Source: Octopus vulgaris (lineage: Eukaryota). Taken from it: a stretch of 64,000 bases of DNA. The notes below the pieces were generated by a model. The model was not told the origin of the DNA and made no database searches. It saw only the letters and a list, made by a program, of their open reading frames with translations. Positions 1 through 14,212 of the stretch are shown here, one piece after another (position 1 is the first letter of the stretch; the number at the start of each line of letters is the position of its first letter). The DNA is taken from assembly GCA_951406725.2 (NCBI GenBank), contig OX597831.1, positions 31,248,001-31,312,000 of the forward strand, read 5' to 3'. A program made the translations under genes and the position numbers.

Positions 1-6
1 AAATAC

Positions 7-71
<65 letters not shown>

Positions 72-155
72 CAAAAATACATACATACATGCATCCTTGC
101 AAGCATACATACATACATATACATATGTATGTGTGTATGTATGTGTGTGTATGTA

Positions 156-235
<80 letters not shown>

Positions 236-269
236 CATATAAATATATATATATATATATATGTATGTA

Positions 270-337
<68 letters not shown>

Positions 338-474
338 ATACATTTCAGTATGATGCGTTTTGTATATTGATGTACAGCGTGATATATTGTGTTATTATGT
401 GCATTAATATATGATATTATCCACTCTTCTCTCTCACTATGCTCTCCTTTCTCTTTTACTTCCCTCTCACCTTC

Positions 475-507
<33 letters not shown>

Positions 508-517
508 TCTCTCTCTC
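7..517. repeat. Compound microsatellite (AGAT)n-(CATA)n-(TG)n-(TA)n-(CT)n
   Basis: Simple repeats directly visible. Confidence 0.95.
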
Positions 518-983
518 GTTTTCTGAAATTATATTACTTTAGCATTACATTTTATATGTAGGAAGCTAGGCGCCAATGAACTCCAGTTGAAACAAGAGAA
601 GAGATATGTTAGATACTCCCTAGGTACATCTTGACATAATAAATGGAGATTTTTTTAAAGAGAGAAAGGATAGTTATCTTTTTATTATATTTACATTATA
701 AAAAAATCATAGTTTTTAAAAAATTTTTCATCTTATTTTGTTGTGAAAGGGTGGAGGGTAAATCATGTTTTACTTCAGCAGAAAATTTCTGTCTAATACG
801 AGAGGACTCGTAATAAAATCCATTTCAAGAACATAAAATATTTACGCTTTTACTGTTTCAATGTGTTTTTCCCCACAAATTACAATAGCCACTACAAGTC
901 CACTTGCCATATTTTTATAATATCTGAACAGCTCATTAATCAGTTAAAAATTGATTAGATTTCGTTGTTGTTGGCAACAGTGG

Positions 984-1005
984 AATAATAATAATAATAA
1001 TAATA

Positions 1006-1082
<77 letters not shown>

Positions 1083-1575
1083 CATTATTATTATTATTTC
1101 ATTTATTGGCTACCAGGGCCGACATATAGGGGACAATACAGTAGTAGACAGTGGGGATTTTACACAAAACAACGAGTACACAATTAAAACAATAATAATA
1201 ATATCAAGCAATAAGAATACAACAATGAAAATTCCCCAATAGGGGTGTAACCACCTGGGGTTGGATCAGGTATCCCACTAATCCTGAACCACTCGCCGCT
1301 TCGAGGACATCCGGGAAGGGCACCCTTCTCCCTCTCAAATTCACTAGCCTACAGGCGCATTATTTGAGTAGATCCACTCACACGGGCCTTTTTTTGCTAC
1401 GTCCACCCACCTTTTAGCAAATTTACTAGTGGGGGCAGCACTTCTCTCTGTACCCTCATCTTCCTTTCCAAGAGAAATTTGAAAAAGTTGATGAGACATT
1501 GGCCGAAGAGAGAAATGTCTGTCTTCACTACTTTCAACCTGCCCCATCATACAGCCTCTTTTGCTACTGCCATCA
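984..1575 (-). mobile_element. 3' end of a non-LTR retrotransposon (probably Tx1/L1 group) ending at an (AAT)n tract
   Basis: Minus-strand frameshifted remnant (...KFAKRWVDVAKK...) followed by a UTR-like stretch running into the trinucleotide tract at 984-1097. Clade assignment is by resemblance only. Confidence 0.4.
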
Positions 1576-1599
1576 AACAGAGTAAAATTGCCTGTCCTT

Positions 1600-2432
1600 C
1601 CTGGCCAAAGGATTGTTTGTGAGATTGTTTCGTTTCTCCTTTCACACATCTTACAAAGGAGCGATTCGCTTCGCTTATCTAATTAAAACTTGGTGTAATT
1701 AGTTCTCAGAGCTTGTTCTTTTGCGCTGCATATCAATGCTTCAGTGCATCCTGTCAGGTCACTTTTTCTTAACCATCTCCATCTGTTGATCTTGTCTTTT
1801 CCTTCGATTTCTCTGAAGTATTGCCCATGCAGTAGTTTCATTCTCCAGCTGTTTACTCTTTCATCTTCATCTTGCTTCTTAAATTTTTGTGGGTGTATCA
1901 CATTTTCAGTTGGTATTTATATTGTTAATTCTAACAGCGGCAAGCAATGATTCATTCTGCTGTTTGATGTACCATCCCAGCCTGTTCCTCCCGTTGACAA
2001 CACAGATCTTGCATCCCATGAGGTCTCTTCTTCTCCACTTCTTAGGCACATACAGTCTATCGGTATTGCTTTTGTGATGCAGTTTCTTCTTAATTGTCAT
2101 CAGTGTTTTCGTTTTCCTATCCATTTCCTCAAGCTCTCTCTTTGTCCACTTAACAACACCTGCGCCATATCGCACTGAGGAAACAATCCGAGTGTTCATT
2201 ACCCTGATCTTGTTTTTTTCCATTGAGCCTGCTTCCCATAATTAATTTGGTTCTTCTGAGATATTCTCGCCAAAAGCTTTCCTTCATTTCACTTTCCTTG
2301 GTTTTCTCGTACTCTATGATCTCCAGATATTTATATCCATTAGTCTCAATATCCTTGATTTTCTCGCCTTTGGATAGCTCTACCCCATCAGACGACACTA
2401 CTTTACCTTTTTGTATTATCAGTATGCCACAC
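1600..2432 (-). mobile_element. R4/Dong-clade LINE fragment (RT C-terminus to zinc knuckle), pseudogenised
   Basis: Frameshifted ORFs read GYKYLEIIE, EYLRRTKLIMGSRLNG, VRYGAGVVKWTKRELEEMDRKT, DRLYVP, KLLHGQY, EALICSAKEQALRTN and CKMC..NETI, all typical of R4/Dong RLE-type elements. Confidence 0.9.
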
Positions 2433-2434
2433 TG

Positions 2435-2470
2435 TTTATTATTATTATTACTATTATTATTATTATTATT

Positions 2471-2504
<34 letters not shown>

Positions 2505-2573
2505 CCACCACCACCACCACCACCACCACCACCACCACCACAAATCACCACCACCACCACCATCATTATCATT

Positions 2574-2625
<52 letters not shown>

Positions 2626-2845
2626 CCACCACCACTACCACCACTACCACAAACCACCACCACCACCACCATCATCATCATTATTATCATCATCATCATC
2701 ATCACCACCACCACCACCACCACAAACCACCACCACCACCACCATCATCATCATTATCATCATCATCATCATCATCATCATCACCACCACCACCACTACC
2801 GTCATTATTATTATTATTTATTATCATTATTATTATCATTATTCA
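2435..2845. repeat. Compound trinucleotide microsatellite (TTA/TCA/CCA)n
   Basis: Directly visible. Confidence 0.95.
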
Positions 2846-2849
2846 GTAG

Positions 2850-3231
<382 letters not shown>

Positions 3232-3249
3232 CATCATCATTATTATTAT

Positions 3250-3752
3250 TGAGTGAGAGAGCAGTGCATGCCATCAAAGTGACACTGGGGTAAATAATAC
3301 GAAGCCCAGTATACCCATCATGACTACCCGTCTGATAAGGATACACCAGGCACATGCATCACAACCATATGTGCGTAGCATAGTGATCTCATATCAAGAT
3401 AAACAGCACATGGCCTTGCAGGTGGGGCCCAGTTAGAGTTTTCTTCTGGTCGAGTAGCCCGTCCCACCCAAAAGGTCCCTGAGAAAGGGTTGTTTAAGGA
3501 TGTTGAACGAAACACCCATGTTTCCAAAGTTGAATTATTGAAACCCACAAGAATTCCTCTCAATACATGGCTATGACGCTCCCCCACTACTTCTGCTCGT
3601 GATCAGAGATGCGCATTTCGTCAGTCACTAAGGGACATGCTCAACTGGTTATGGTCAAACAACTGACAAGCAAAACTGTGGTATTGAGCAGAATATTTGC
3701 TGTAGCCCATCTTTTATACCAAGACAAAACAATGTACATGATAACACTTCTA
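3250..3752 (-). mobile_element. Non-coding retroelement fragment (probable LINE UTR or SINE) bounded by (AAT)n/(ATC)n
   Basis: About 500 bp of complex sequence embedded between trinucleotide tracts, with no ORF; identity inferred. Confidence 0.4.
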
Positions 3753-3763
3753 TCATTATTATT

Positions 3764-3843
<80 letters not shown>

Positions 3844-3899
3844 TATTATCATCATTATTATTATTATTACTTGCTGTGATATTTTGTCTCAGAGAAACT

Positions 3900-4950
3900 C
3901 CAATTGACTTACGCATTAAAAAAATAGAAGAACTTAGCTCAGAATGCCCGAACCTTACGTGACTGAGGAGACCAACGACAACATCCTGAGCAAGTCTTCC
4001 CGAGAGGTTTCGCACAAACTGAATATTAAAGCTAACGCCGCTCCACATTTGCATATACGTTATGAATATCACACACAACTTTCTCTTAATTGTATGGCCT
4101 GTTCTGCTGATATACATTTACTCTCTGTTGGTCTCCAATTTTTACCTTATATTACCTTGATCATTTCTCTATCTCTTCTTTAGCAAACCAATAATTCTCT
4201 GTGAATCCTGTGTTTAATTTACTTTCTTTGGTTCCCGTTTTCCTACCTTTCCTTCAGTTATTCAATTATTTCATCCATCCTTCTAATATTCTAAAGTCTC
4301 CATTTTCACCACAGCTCTTTATCATTCACTTTCCTTCACTCTTAACTCCGAGAATTTCTGCAGCAAAAGAGGTTGTGCAGAACATGAAGTCGTTCAGTTG
4401 TGTTATATTTTCAGCATTAATTTTCACTAACAGCGTATCGAGCTTCTTTACAAAGTAGTTTTTCTCTTTCAATTCTTCTTAAAGCTGGTAGTATACTTCT
4501 TTCGCTTGTTTGTATCTCATTTAACTGTTGTAGTAAACTCTTTTCATCCTCAGTAACATTCTTTCCTTCAACGAAATAAAACTAGTTTTCATTCTGGCTA
4601 TTATGTCTCTCCCGATAATTTATTGGTTTCCATGTTGTTTCTTTGTTTTCCTCCTCCTCCTCCTCTTTCTCCTACTCTTCTTGAACGTGACCATGCTTTT
4701 CATCGTCCACTCTTTCAACTGAAACGGCAACTGTCTTTTCACGATGAAATTTTTCCGTTCTAGAAGTCTTTGTTCTGTGTTTCCTGTATCATACTTTGGC
4801 AGGCTCGCTTCTATAGTAACATTCCATCTCTGCCTTATTGACGTTTATACATCATCTTCTCTTAATCTTTGTTGTATTTGTTGAATAACGGTCAGGCCTG
4901 CTCTGCTGCGTAGTAAGGACACTCAAAGTGCGAGAAAGCTATAGTTGGAG
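3900..4950 (-). mobile_element. Degraded 5' ORF region of an R4/Dong-like LINE
   Basis: Minus-strand translation near 4770-4845 gives NKAEMECYYRSEP...NTEQR, resembling the Dong N-terminal region; heavily interrupted. Confidence 0.45.
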
Positions 4951-5381
4951 ATTCGGTCTCATTAACGCAGTTGTGATAATACTTTCTATCTGGCATTTTA
5001 CTCATAAAGAGGACTGTAGTGTTAAGATGTCACAACCACGCATGTTTTTCTCGAGGCACTATCTCTATGAGTCTACCTGCCAAGGTTAAAGTGACTCTTC
5101 TTTTATGGCTGATCTTGTCCCGAAACGGAGTCCTCTGTTGCCTTTGGTTTCAAGGTACACGTTATCGTTATCGCTACTATTATGAACCAGTAAGCAGAGT
5201 ATAAGAAGTTAGGTATGTTAGTAACCATGGCATTATCAGCAATAATACTAATATTATTTGGATGACCGTTGACTCTTCTGAATCTATTCGCCCTACAAAA
5301 GCTTTTGTTTTTCCCCTCCTGCATAGCGTTCAAATAGAAAAACCATAACCTCCTCACCGATTATGCTTTTATTATCATTCT

Positions 5382-5785
5382 CTTTTACTCTTTTACCTGT
5401 TTCAATCATTTGACTGCGGCCATGCTGGAGCACCGCCTTTAGTCGAGCAAATCGACCCCACGACTTATTCTTTGTAAGCCTAGTACTTATTCTATCGCTG
5501 TCTTTTGCCGAACCGCTAAGTTACGGGGACATAAACACACCAGCATCGGTTGTCAAGCGATGTTGGGCGGGGAGAAACACAGACACACAAACACACACAC
5601 ATATATACATATACATATATACGACGAGCTTCTTTTCAGTTTCCGTCTACCAAATTCACTCACAAGGCCTTGGTCGGCTCGAGGCTATAGTAGAAGACAC
5701 TTGCCCAAGATGCCACGCAGTGGGATTGAATCCTGAATAATGTGGTTGGCAAGCAAGCTACTTACCACACAGCCACTCCTGCGCT
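5382..5785 (-). mobile_element. tRNA-derived SINE, family A (internal (TG)n), near full length
   Basis: Head GCGCAGGAGTGGCTGTGTGGTAAG with an A/B-box-like layout, core TTGGGCAAGTGTCTTC, tail GGCGGTGCTCCAGCATGGCCGCAGTC..GAAAC..(GTAAAAGA); many homologous copies in the window. Confidence 0.9.
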
Positions 5786-5799
5786 AATATTATTGTTCA

Positions 5800-6640
5800 G
5801 TTGTCCTATTTTTATCACGTGCTTTCACTGCACTATCGGGTGCAGCTCTGTGTGACTTGGGTATGTGCGGTGGTTTGTTGTGGGGCTATTATTTTCACTG
5901 TGTTGAAAGTGCTTTACGTAGGATGTGCTATTTTCTGTATGTTATATACATTCGTAAGTCCTGGTGTTTTGGTTATGTATTTGCCTGAATGTTTATTAAT
6001 CATATCTAATGCATCTATTATTATAGGAATTGTTTCTGTTTTTAGGCTCCACAATCGAGTTACCTCTATTCCCAGATCTTTGTAATTTGAGAGTTTCTCC
6101 GCTTCTTTTAGAGATACATTGTCATCTCTTTATATTGATATATCGATTAGAAGGCATTTTTGTTGGTGATCTCTGACAACTATATCCGGTCTATTAGCCT
6201 TGATTCCTCTATCTGTGTGTATTGGCATACTCCAGAGTATGGTTGCTTTGTCATTTTCTGAAACCTTTTCTAGGGTGTGCTTATACCATCTTTTTTGTTG
6301 TTTTCATTCCATAATGTTGGCATAGCTTCCAGTGTATATTGGTCCCAACTCTGTGATGTCTGCGTATATATTCCTTCTTAGACAGAACTGGGGAGCTAGA
6401 GACAATATAAGTTATTGTTTATTCTCCATCTCCACATATTCTGCAGTTACTTGTATTTCTTTTTTTTTTTTTTTGTACTATGTGTTTTTGGTAATTTCTG
6501 ATGGGAAGGCTTTGATCTTGTGCTGCAATTAAAAATCTTTCAGTCTCTACTTTCAGTCCTCAACTTCTCAGCCATTGTTGGGACTTTACATTATCTATTT
6601 CTTTTCTGTTTAGCTTATTCCAATATTTGCCATGTAAAAG
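5800..6640 (-). mobile_element. R4/Dong LINE 3' fragment (restriction-like endonuclease domain)
   Basis: Minus strand reads KATILWSMPIHTDRGIKANRPDIVVRD..CLLIDISI...EKLSNYKDLGIEVTRLWSLKTETIPIII (PD..D RLE motif). Confidence 0.9.
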
Positions 6641-6671
6641 CTTTTCTTACCATCATTTTATCATGATACTT

Positions 6672-6760
6672 TGCTGTTGTTGGTGGTGGCGGTGGTGGTG
6701 GTGGTGGTGGTGGTGGTGGTGGTGGTGGTGGTGTTGGTGGTGTTGGTGTGGTGTTGGTGG

Positions 6761-6815
<55 letters not shown>

Positions 6816-7045
6816 GGTGGTGGTGGTGGTGGTGGTGGTGGTGGTGGTGGTGGTGGTGGTGGTGGTGGTGGTGGTGGTGGTGGTGGTGGTGGTGGTGGTG
6901 GTGGTGGTGGTGTTCTTCATCTTCTTCGGGATGCTGCTGCTGGTGGTGTTCTTACTACTGCTGCTGCTGCTGCTGTTGATGTTGCTAACGTCGTAAATTG
7001 TGATGTTGTTGCTTCTGATGTATTGTTTTTGTTGTTGTTACTTTA
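6672..7045. repeat. (GGT/GTT/GCT)n microsatellite
   Basis: Directly visible. Confidence 0.95.
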
Positions 7046-7510
7046 TTTGATCTCAACAAAGGAGGGATATTACAAAGATGATAAACAAAGCACACACTGA
7101 GAGTAGAGTTGTTACACCGAGTGATAAAAAAAAATATAATATATCATCCGACAGTATTACATAAAAATCTCAAAAGAGATGGTCATATAGGCCACCTCCA
7201 AAAAATAAAATAAAATAAAAACGGAATACCGATTGCCCTCAACAGAAAGACAAATGTGTTCATTCTACTGGAAGTTTTACAAACGAAATTTGATATTCGA
7301 ATCATCCAGCCATGCTAAAGTCGCCATTGCCAATTACCTTTTAAGTGAACGGACAGGAACGATCGACTCAACCGACAGCGACGGCAGTGAACTACAACAG
7401 CGTACCGTATCTATCCATTATTAATAGCAGTAAACTGTCCAAGGAGCCTTTACATGGTCATCAGATATATTAGAAATAACAGTCAAATCTCTGTCGCATC
7501 AAGCTATACT

Positions 7511-7742
7511 TATTTCTTTATTACCCACAAGGGGCTAAACATAGAGAGAACAAACAAGGACAGACATAGGTATTAAGTCGATTACATCGACCCCAGTGCG
7601 TAACTGGTACTTAATTTATCGACCCCGAAAGGATGAAAGGCAAAGTCGACCTCGGCGGAATTTGAACTCAGAACGTAACGACAGACGAAATACGGCTACG
7701 CATTTCGCCCGGCGTGCTAACTTTTCTGCTAGCTCGCCACCT
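7511..7742 (-). mobile_element. tRNA-derived SINE, family B (MetaSINE-like core)
   Basis: Head GGCGAGCT(A/G)GCAGAA...GAGTTCAAATTCC and core GCCTTTCATCCTTTCGGGGTCGATAAATTAAGTACCAG; over 15 copies or fragments in the window. Confidence 0.9.
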
Positions 7743-7754
7743 ATACTGTCTGTT

Positions 7755-8210
7755 CAGCTACCACCCCCAGGCTCCGCTGCTCGTCAGGTTGAGAAAAGCA
7801 AACTGTCACGGCATCGGTCGCTCTATGACAAGTTCATGGTCGAGCCTGTGGCAGTGGAGACCTCCGACGTTCTTGGACCCCGGACTGTATCTCTGCTCAG
7901 CGCTATCGGAGCGGAGATGGTTGTCGGCAAGAGCGAGCTGGCAGAAACATTGGCACGCCGGGCAAAATGCGTAACCGTTACGTTCTGAGTTCAAATTCCG
8001 CCGAGGTCGACTTTGCCTTTCCTCCTTTCGGGGTCGATAAATTAAGTACCAGTTACACTCTGGGGTTGATATAATCGACTTAATCCGTTTGTCTGTCCTT
8101 GTTTGTCCTCTCTGTGTTTAGCCCCTTGTGAGTAGTAAAGAAATAGGTTGTCGGCAAGAGCGACCCTCGTGAGGTAGAGTGTCCATTCCAGCTTAATCTT
8201 CATTGAGTGT
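7755..8210 (+). mobile_element. CRE-clade LINE endonuclease C-terminal fragment, split by a SINE-B insertion
   Basis: PGSAARQVEKSKLSRHRSLYDKFMVEPVAVETSDVLGP...IGAEMVVGKS|DPREVECPFQ matches the CRE-type PVAVET.G..G / DPRE..FQR pattern once the SINE and one TSD copy are removed. Confidence 0.75.
7931..8147 (+). mobile_element. SINE family B with 18-bp target-site duplication
   Basis: GGTTGTCGGCAAGAGCGA at 7919-7936 and 8146-8163. Confidence 0.92.
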
Positions 8211-8976
8211 CATATGCCCTTCTGCCTCCGATATTTGAAATCTGAGTGCATGCATATGCAAGGGCTGCTGGCTACAACTGGTTGCTCAGGTAGTACTCGC
8301 TTTTTTAACCAAGTGTGTGATACCATTTCCTTTCATCTAAAAGCATCATATCCAAAATTCGTTTATTGCAAACCGCACGAGTCTGTCCTTCCATTCTATT
8401 CCATTCATATTGCTATAATGAAAATGTATAGACTTACCGCTATTTAACAAAGTATAAGCCATGTGGTACGTTTATTGTTCATGTTGTTACTGTTGTGGTT
8501 GATATATTTAGTTTCAGAATATGTGCTGTATTTTTGACCATTTCATGTTTTTCTTTGTGCAACTGCCATAGACATTTATTATTTTAAAGGATCGTTGCCT
8601 CTCTTTATTCTTCTATTCCTCTTCTCTCCCTCTCCCCCCCTCTCTCTCTCTCTTTCTCTCGTCAACATTTTCTTTTGATTGTTGGTTAGATCAAAAAGTG
8701 TTCAACAATATATTTTCTTCCTTTTTATTTTTTTTTTTAATTCTTATCTTTTTATTTATTTATTTTTTTTTTGTTCAAAAGTGGCAAAAAGGTTGAAAAT
8801 ATTCTCACCTTTCTTTGTAATGTTTTCTACACGGTACAACATCCAAAATGTACTCCAGACACGTGATTCATGCGTGACATTTCTAGCTAACACAGCAAAG
8901 AGCAACAACAGCAAAAAAAATGCAGCAAAAAGAATAACAACAACAATGATGATGACGACGACAACGACACTGACAT

Positions 8977-9027
<51 letters not shown>

Positions 9028-9248
9028 GATTTGATTTATTGGCCATCAAGATCTCTCCGTACAACGAGTTACACATGGATTTAAAAAAGACAGGAATCAA
9101 GATACTGTTATATAATCACAATGACTGTGATAAGAGTGCTGTTTGGAATATAGTTTATCACAATTGTAAATAAATAAATATAATTATAAAAATCCAAATT
9201 AGATCCCGTCACTTTCACGCCGGTGAGAAACTTCCGCTTGGATTAAAG

Positions 9249-10122
9249 CTCTCGCAAAACCTTCCGCTTCCTGGTTCCTATTTTGGGGTCAATATTTCTC
9301 ATCTCGCAAAACCTTCCGCTCCTGGTTCCTATTTTGGGGTCAATATTTCTCATCTCGCAAAACCTTCCGCTCCTGGTTCCTATTTTGGGGTCAATATTTC
9401 TCATCTCGCAAAACCTTCCGTTCCTGGTTCCTATTTTGGGGTCAATATTTCTCATCTCGCAAAACACTTCCGTTCCTGGTTCCTATTTTGGGGTCAATAT
9501 TTCTCGTCTCGCAAAACCTTCCGTTCCTGGTTCCTATTTTGGGGTCAATATTTCTCGTCTCGCAAAACCTTCCGTTCCTGGTTCCTATTTTGGGGTCAAT
9601 ATTTCTCGTCTCGCAAAACCTTCCGTTCCTGGTTCCTATTTTGGGGTCAATATTTCTCATCTCGCAAAACCTTCCGCTCCTGGTTCCTATTTTGGGGTCA
9701 ATATTTCTCATCTCGCAAAACCTTCCGCTCCTTGTTCCTATTTTGGGGTCAATATTTCTCATCTCGCAAAACCTTCCGTTCCTGGTTCCTATTTTGGGGT
9801 CAATATTTCTCATCTCGCAAAACACTTCCGTTCCTGGTTCCTATTTTGGGGTCAATATTTCTCGTCTCGCAAAACCTTCCGTTCCTGGTTCCTATTTTGG
9901 GGTCAATATTTCTCGTCTCGCAAAACCTTCCGTTCCTGGTTCCTATTTTGGGGTCAATATTTCTCGTCTCGCAAAACCTTCCGTTCCTGGTTCCTATTTT
10001 GGGGTCAATATTTCTCATCTCGCAAAACCTTCCGCTCCTGGTTCCTATTTTGGGGTCAATATTTCTCATCTCGCAAAACCTTCCGTTCCTGATTCCTATT
10101 TTGGGGTCAATATTTCTCATCT
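9249..10122. repeat. 51-bp minisatellite, about 17 copies, with a 7-unit higher-order repeat
   Basis: Unit CGCAAAACCTTCCGTTCCTGGTTCCTATTTTGGGGTCAATATTTCTCATCT; no spacers; the 1-nt insertion variant (AAAACACTTCC) recurs 358 bp apart. Confidence 0.97.
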
Positions 10123-10671
10123 TCACTTAACATATTATCCACGTAGTGGTTCAGAAGCTCTATCTGGAACTCCTCCGTGATTCAAGTACCCGTGAATCTC
10201 TCGCTGTCCTCCTGTGCACCCTATCTGTCACAAATTTGTATTCATTTCTTTTCTTCTATACCTTCTTTTTTCCCCCCTTTTTGCCGTTTGCTTGCTTTTC
10301 GGCTCTCTCTTTTCTACTCCTTCTTCATCATCGCAAAACAGCCTCGTGATTCGTAGCCCATCACAGGGGATCTCGTTTAATGACTCTTCTGAATCTCGAA
10401 CCCGAAGTGCCGTTCAGTAACATGCCCATGTTAAGGAGTCCTGGATAATATCCTTAACAGACCAACTAGTTCGTACTCATTGATAAACAAAATTTCTCTA
10501 AGAACCTCGTTGTGCTTTCTTACCACAAGTTCCTTATGTATGTTAGCGTGGGACTTCCACCAACCGCATTTGCCGATGAGCTCCTAATATGCCAGATGCC
10601 TGGTTCTCTGTCTTGGTCATTTTTTGATCCAAGGTGACAGCTCTGTCAAAGAGGCCAATTGCAAAAAGATG

Positions 10672-10681
10672 CGGTGGTGGT

Positions 10682-10733
<52 letters not shown>

Positions 10734-10835
10734 GGGGTGGGAGTAGGAGGTGTTGGCGGCGGCGGCGGCGGTGGGGGTGGGAGTAGGAGGTGTTGGCGGC
10801 GGCAGTTGTGACGGTGCTGATGGTAATAATAGTGG
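10672..10835. repeat. G-rich (GGT/GGC)n tract with a duplicated GGTGGGGGTGGGAGTAGGAGGTGTT unit
   Basis: Directly visible. Confidence 0.9.
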
Positions 10836-11624
10836 TTTTTTTAAAGATTAAATCCTGATAAAAACAAAAACTTTATCTAATACTAATACTGTAGACGAGG
10901 TATCTAATAACACAATTGTTCCAGGAGCTGGTTTCATTCATAAAATATTCAACTTGGAATGATGGGAATCAGCAAAAGTGGATTAAAAGAAAAAAATACC
11001 ACAAAAAAAAATAATAACAGCATTGTGAGCGACAATGAAGGATTATATTTTATATTTATGGAAATATAAAGAGATAGTAACCGTAGGCAAAAAGGAAATT
11101 ATTGTAGAATTATAGAAATATTTATGGAAGAAAATAGAGATAAAGAACCAAATATGAGTAAAAAAGAAAATTACTGTTATTATTTTGTAACCATTGCGAG
11201 GAGGAAATCGAACAATGTATGCCTTGCGGTATTTAGTTGTTCTAACTTGAAATCCCACCAGAGACAACTTTGCTTTTCATCCTCCTGGGTTCGATGAAAG
11301 TAACTGCCGAATACTGACGTGTATCTAATCGATTGTTCTCTCCCGCCAAAATACTTGATACTGTATCTATGGTATTAATTATACTTATTATTATCGTCGT
11401 CTTTGTTGTTGTTGTTGTTGTTGCTGTTGCTGCTGCTGCTGCTGTTGTTGTTGTTGTTGTTGTTGTTATTGTTGTTGTTGTTGTACATTTCTCAGAACTC
11501 TTGATTTTGCTTGCTCCGGCTATTTCTGTAAGAGTGGACAACAGCCTTTTGTCAAGGGTTTCACAAGGTCTTCCATAATACTTAACCTCTAAGTACCAGT
11601 CTCAAAATCTTTGCTTAATATTAT

Positions 11625-12190
11625 TGTTTGAGATGAGATGCTTAAGGGCTATGGTTGGTGTGACACGGATGGACGGGCTGAGGAATGAGGTTGTGCGAAG
11701 GCGAGCAGGAATGAGAGAAAAACTAACAACCAAAATGGCTAGACCAATGTTGAGGTGATTTGGTCACATGAAGAGGATGGATGAGGAGCGGATGGTTCGG
11801 TGGATGATGAAGGCTGAAATGGTAGGCAGCGGAATCAGAGGCAAACCTCGGTTTGTGTGGATGGATGGAATGAGGAGGATTTGGTGGCTAGAGGTGTTGG
11901 AGGAGTGGGAGAGGCAAGAGAGTTTATACAAGATGGAAAAACTTGGAGAATGTTTGTGGACGTATGAGTGAATTTGATGTTGCTGAAAGGGACACGGAAC
12001 AAGCATGATGCAGCGGGGGTAAGCCAGCATATGCTGTCGAGCCCCGCTGCTGATATTGGGGGACGCGTTCTATGCCTTGACCCGAGCACAGGACGGGACT
12101 CGCCTCTTTGAGCTGGGTAATGAATGGAATGCCTGGTGTGTGTCTTGTGGCCACCGCCTCTCCCCTTCTAAAAATGGGGAATAGGCCTTG
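11625..12190 (+). mobile_element. RTE-clade LINE 3' fragment
   Basis: FEMRCLRAMVGVTRMDGLRNEVVR...LR*FGHMKRMDEERMVRW...RGKPRFVWMD is the characteristic RTE C-terminal domain. Confidence 0.9.
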
Positions 12191-12246
12191 ATGTATGTAT
12201 GTAGGTAGGTAGGTTTTATTATTATTATTATCATCATCATTGGTAA

Positions 12247-12388
<142 letters not shown>

Positions 12389-12689
12389 TAAAAGGATTGA
12401 CACAACTCTTCATAAAGCCGAATAGCCAATACGAAGAGCGCGATGCGGTTGCAATAGATATTTTATTAATTTGAAAGATATTTCGACAGCTTGCCTGTCT
12501 TTGCCGAGTTGAAAATGAAAAGTGATACATAGAAATTCAAATTCAAAATTTTGAACGAGGGCAGCTTGCGTTCCCACGTTAACGGAATCACATCATCCGA
12601 CTTCAATTTTCAAGTTTACAACTAGCAAAAAGAAAAAAGAAAGAGGAAAGAGAAAAATAAGATGAAAAGAAAAAAGAAAAGGAAAAGGC

Positions 12690-13020
12690 CCTTCCAGGGT
12701 CGATAAGTTAAGTAGCAGTTGAGTACTGAGGTCGATATAATCGACCTAACACCTCGTAAAAAATTTCAGGACTTGTGTCCTTTCTTTTCTCGTGTTGTGG
12801 TGATGGTGGTGGTAGCTAATTGGAAGAATCGTTAGTTTAATTTCCCCGTGTTCGACTTTATCTTTTATCCCTTCTGTGTTCAAATTCCGCCGAGGTCGAC
12901 TTTGCCTTCCATTCTTCCAGAGAGAGGTGAAACAAGTACCACTTGAACGCTCGGGTCTATGTAATCGTTATACCCCTCCCCACAAATTTCAGGCTCCATG
13001 CGTATAGTAGAAAGGATTAT
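12690..13020 (+). mobile_element. SINE-B fragments
   Basis: TTCAAATTCCGCCGAGGTCGACTTTGCC core and ...TATAGTAGAAAGGATTAT tail variant. Confidence 0.7.
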
Positions 13021-13868
13021 ACAGGGTTGGCCAAAAGTCATCCGAAAGTAAATCAAAATTCCAGAAATACTATCTGTAATTTTGTATTGACTCGAATGGA
13101 AAAATGTGTCGGTCAAGAAGGATTTCAGTTTGAATAATTTTCATGATGTTTCATATTTAGAAGCTTTTATTAAATTCATTCAATTGTTAAAAATAAATAA
13201 ATCTTGGAATTAAATGATTTTGATTTACTGTCAGTCGATTTTTGGTCAAACCTGTATGTATATAGTGTTGTTGTTGTTTTTGTTTTTGTTTTTTTCTTGT
13301 TGCCAGTAAGACTTCTTAAATTAACATTTTCAGTGTCTGAGAATGTGTTTGGTTGCCTAGCAACCAAACATACATTCATGTATTTCCACTTATGTTCTTC
13401 GAAATTTTTGTATGTTTTTCTTTTCTTGCGGGTGATGGTGGAGTTGCTTAAATCACTTGGCGCCATAATGATTTAGGTCGAGGCAAAAAACAAAGCGAAA
13501 CCAAATGAAAGTTAATTTTATGAAAAACAATTTAATAAAAAATTTACTTTCTATGTAAAATAGTTATGCATATAAAAACATTAATCGATGACTAGTAAAC
13601 TAGTAATCCGAAGTCTTGAAAAACGTGTTAATAGCAAACGGCATCTGAGTTGAACTAAACGGAAATAAAATGTTCTGTAGATTCTCTACTTTTCAAAATG
13701 GAATGAAAATTAATTGAATAAAAATGTTTGCACTTTTGTGAAAAGGCAATTAGGTACGTAAAAATATATCGTCTTACGAAAATTCTTGGAAAAGGGAAGT
13801 CAAAAACTCGCCAACAGCGAGAACCGAAATACGACATTAGCAATTTGTGGACAACCTAAACAATGATA

Positions 13869-13905
<37 letters not shown>

Positions 13906-13964
13906 GGAGGAGGAGGAGGAGGAGGAGGAGGAGGAGGGAGGAGGAGGAGGAGGATAAAAGTAGG

Positions 13965-14137
13965 AGTTTCAAATTTGGGAGAGGGGTTAAGTCGATTAAC
14001 TCGACCCCGGTCTTCATCTCGTATTTATGTCATCGACTCCGGAAGGATGAAAGGTAAAGGATGAAACGTGAGTACGAACGAAATGCTGCTAAACATTTTG
14101 TATTGCTTGCTAACGATTTTGCTAGCTCGCCGCTTTA

Positions 14138-14212
<75 letters not shown>

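Noticed and set aside
9249-10122. CRISPR array or repeat-protein gene
   Set aside because: Contiguous units with no unique spacers, no cas genes, eukaryotic context; frames shift at the +1 variants.
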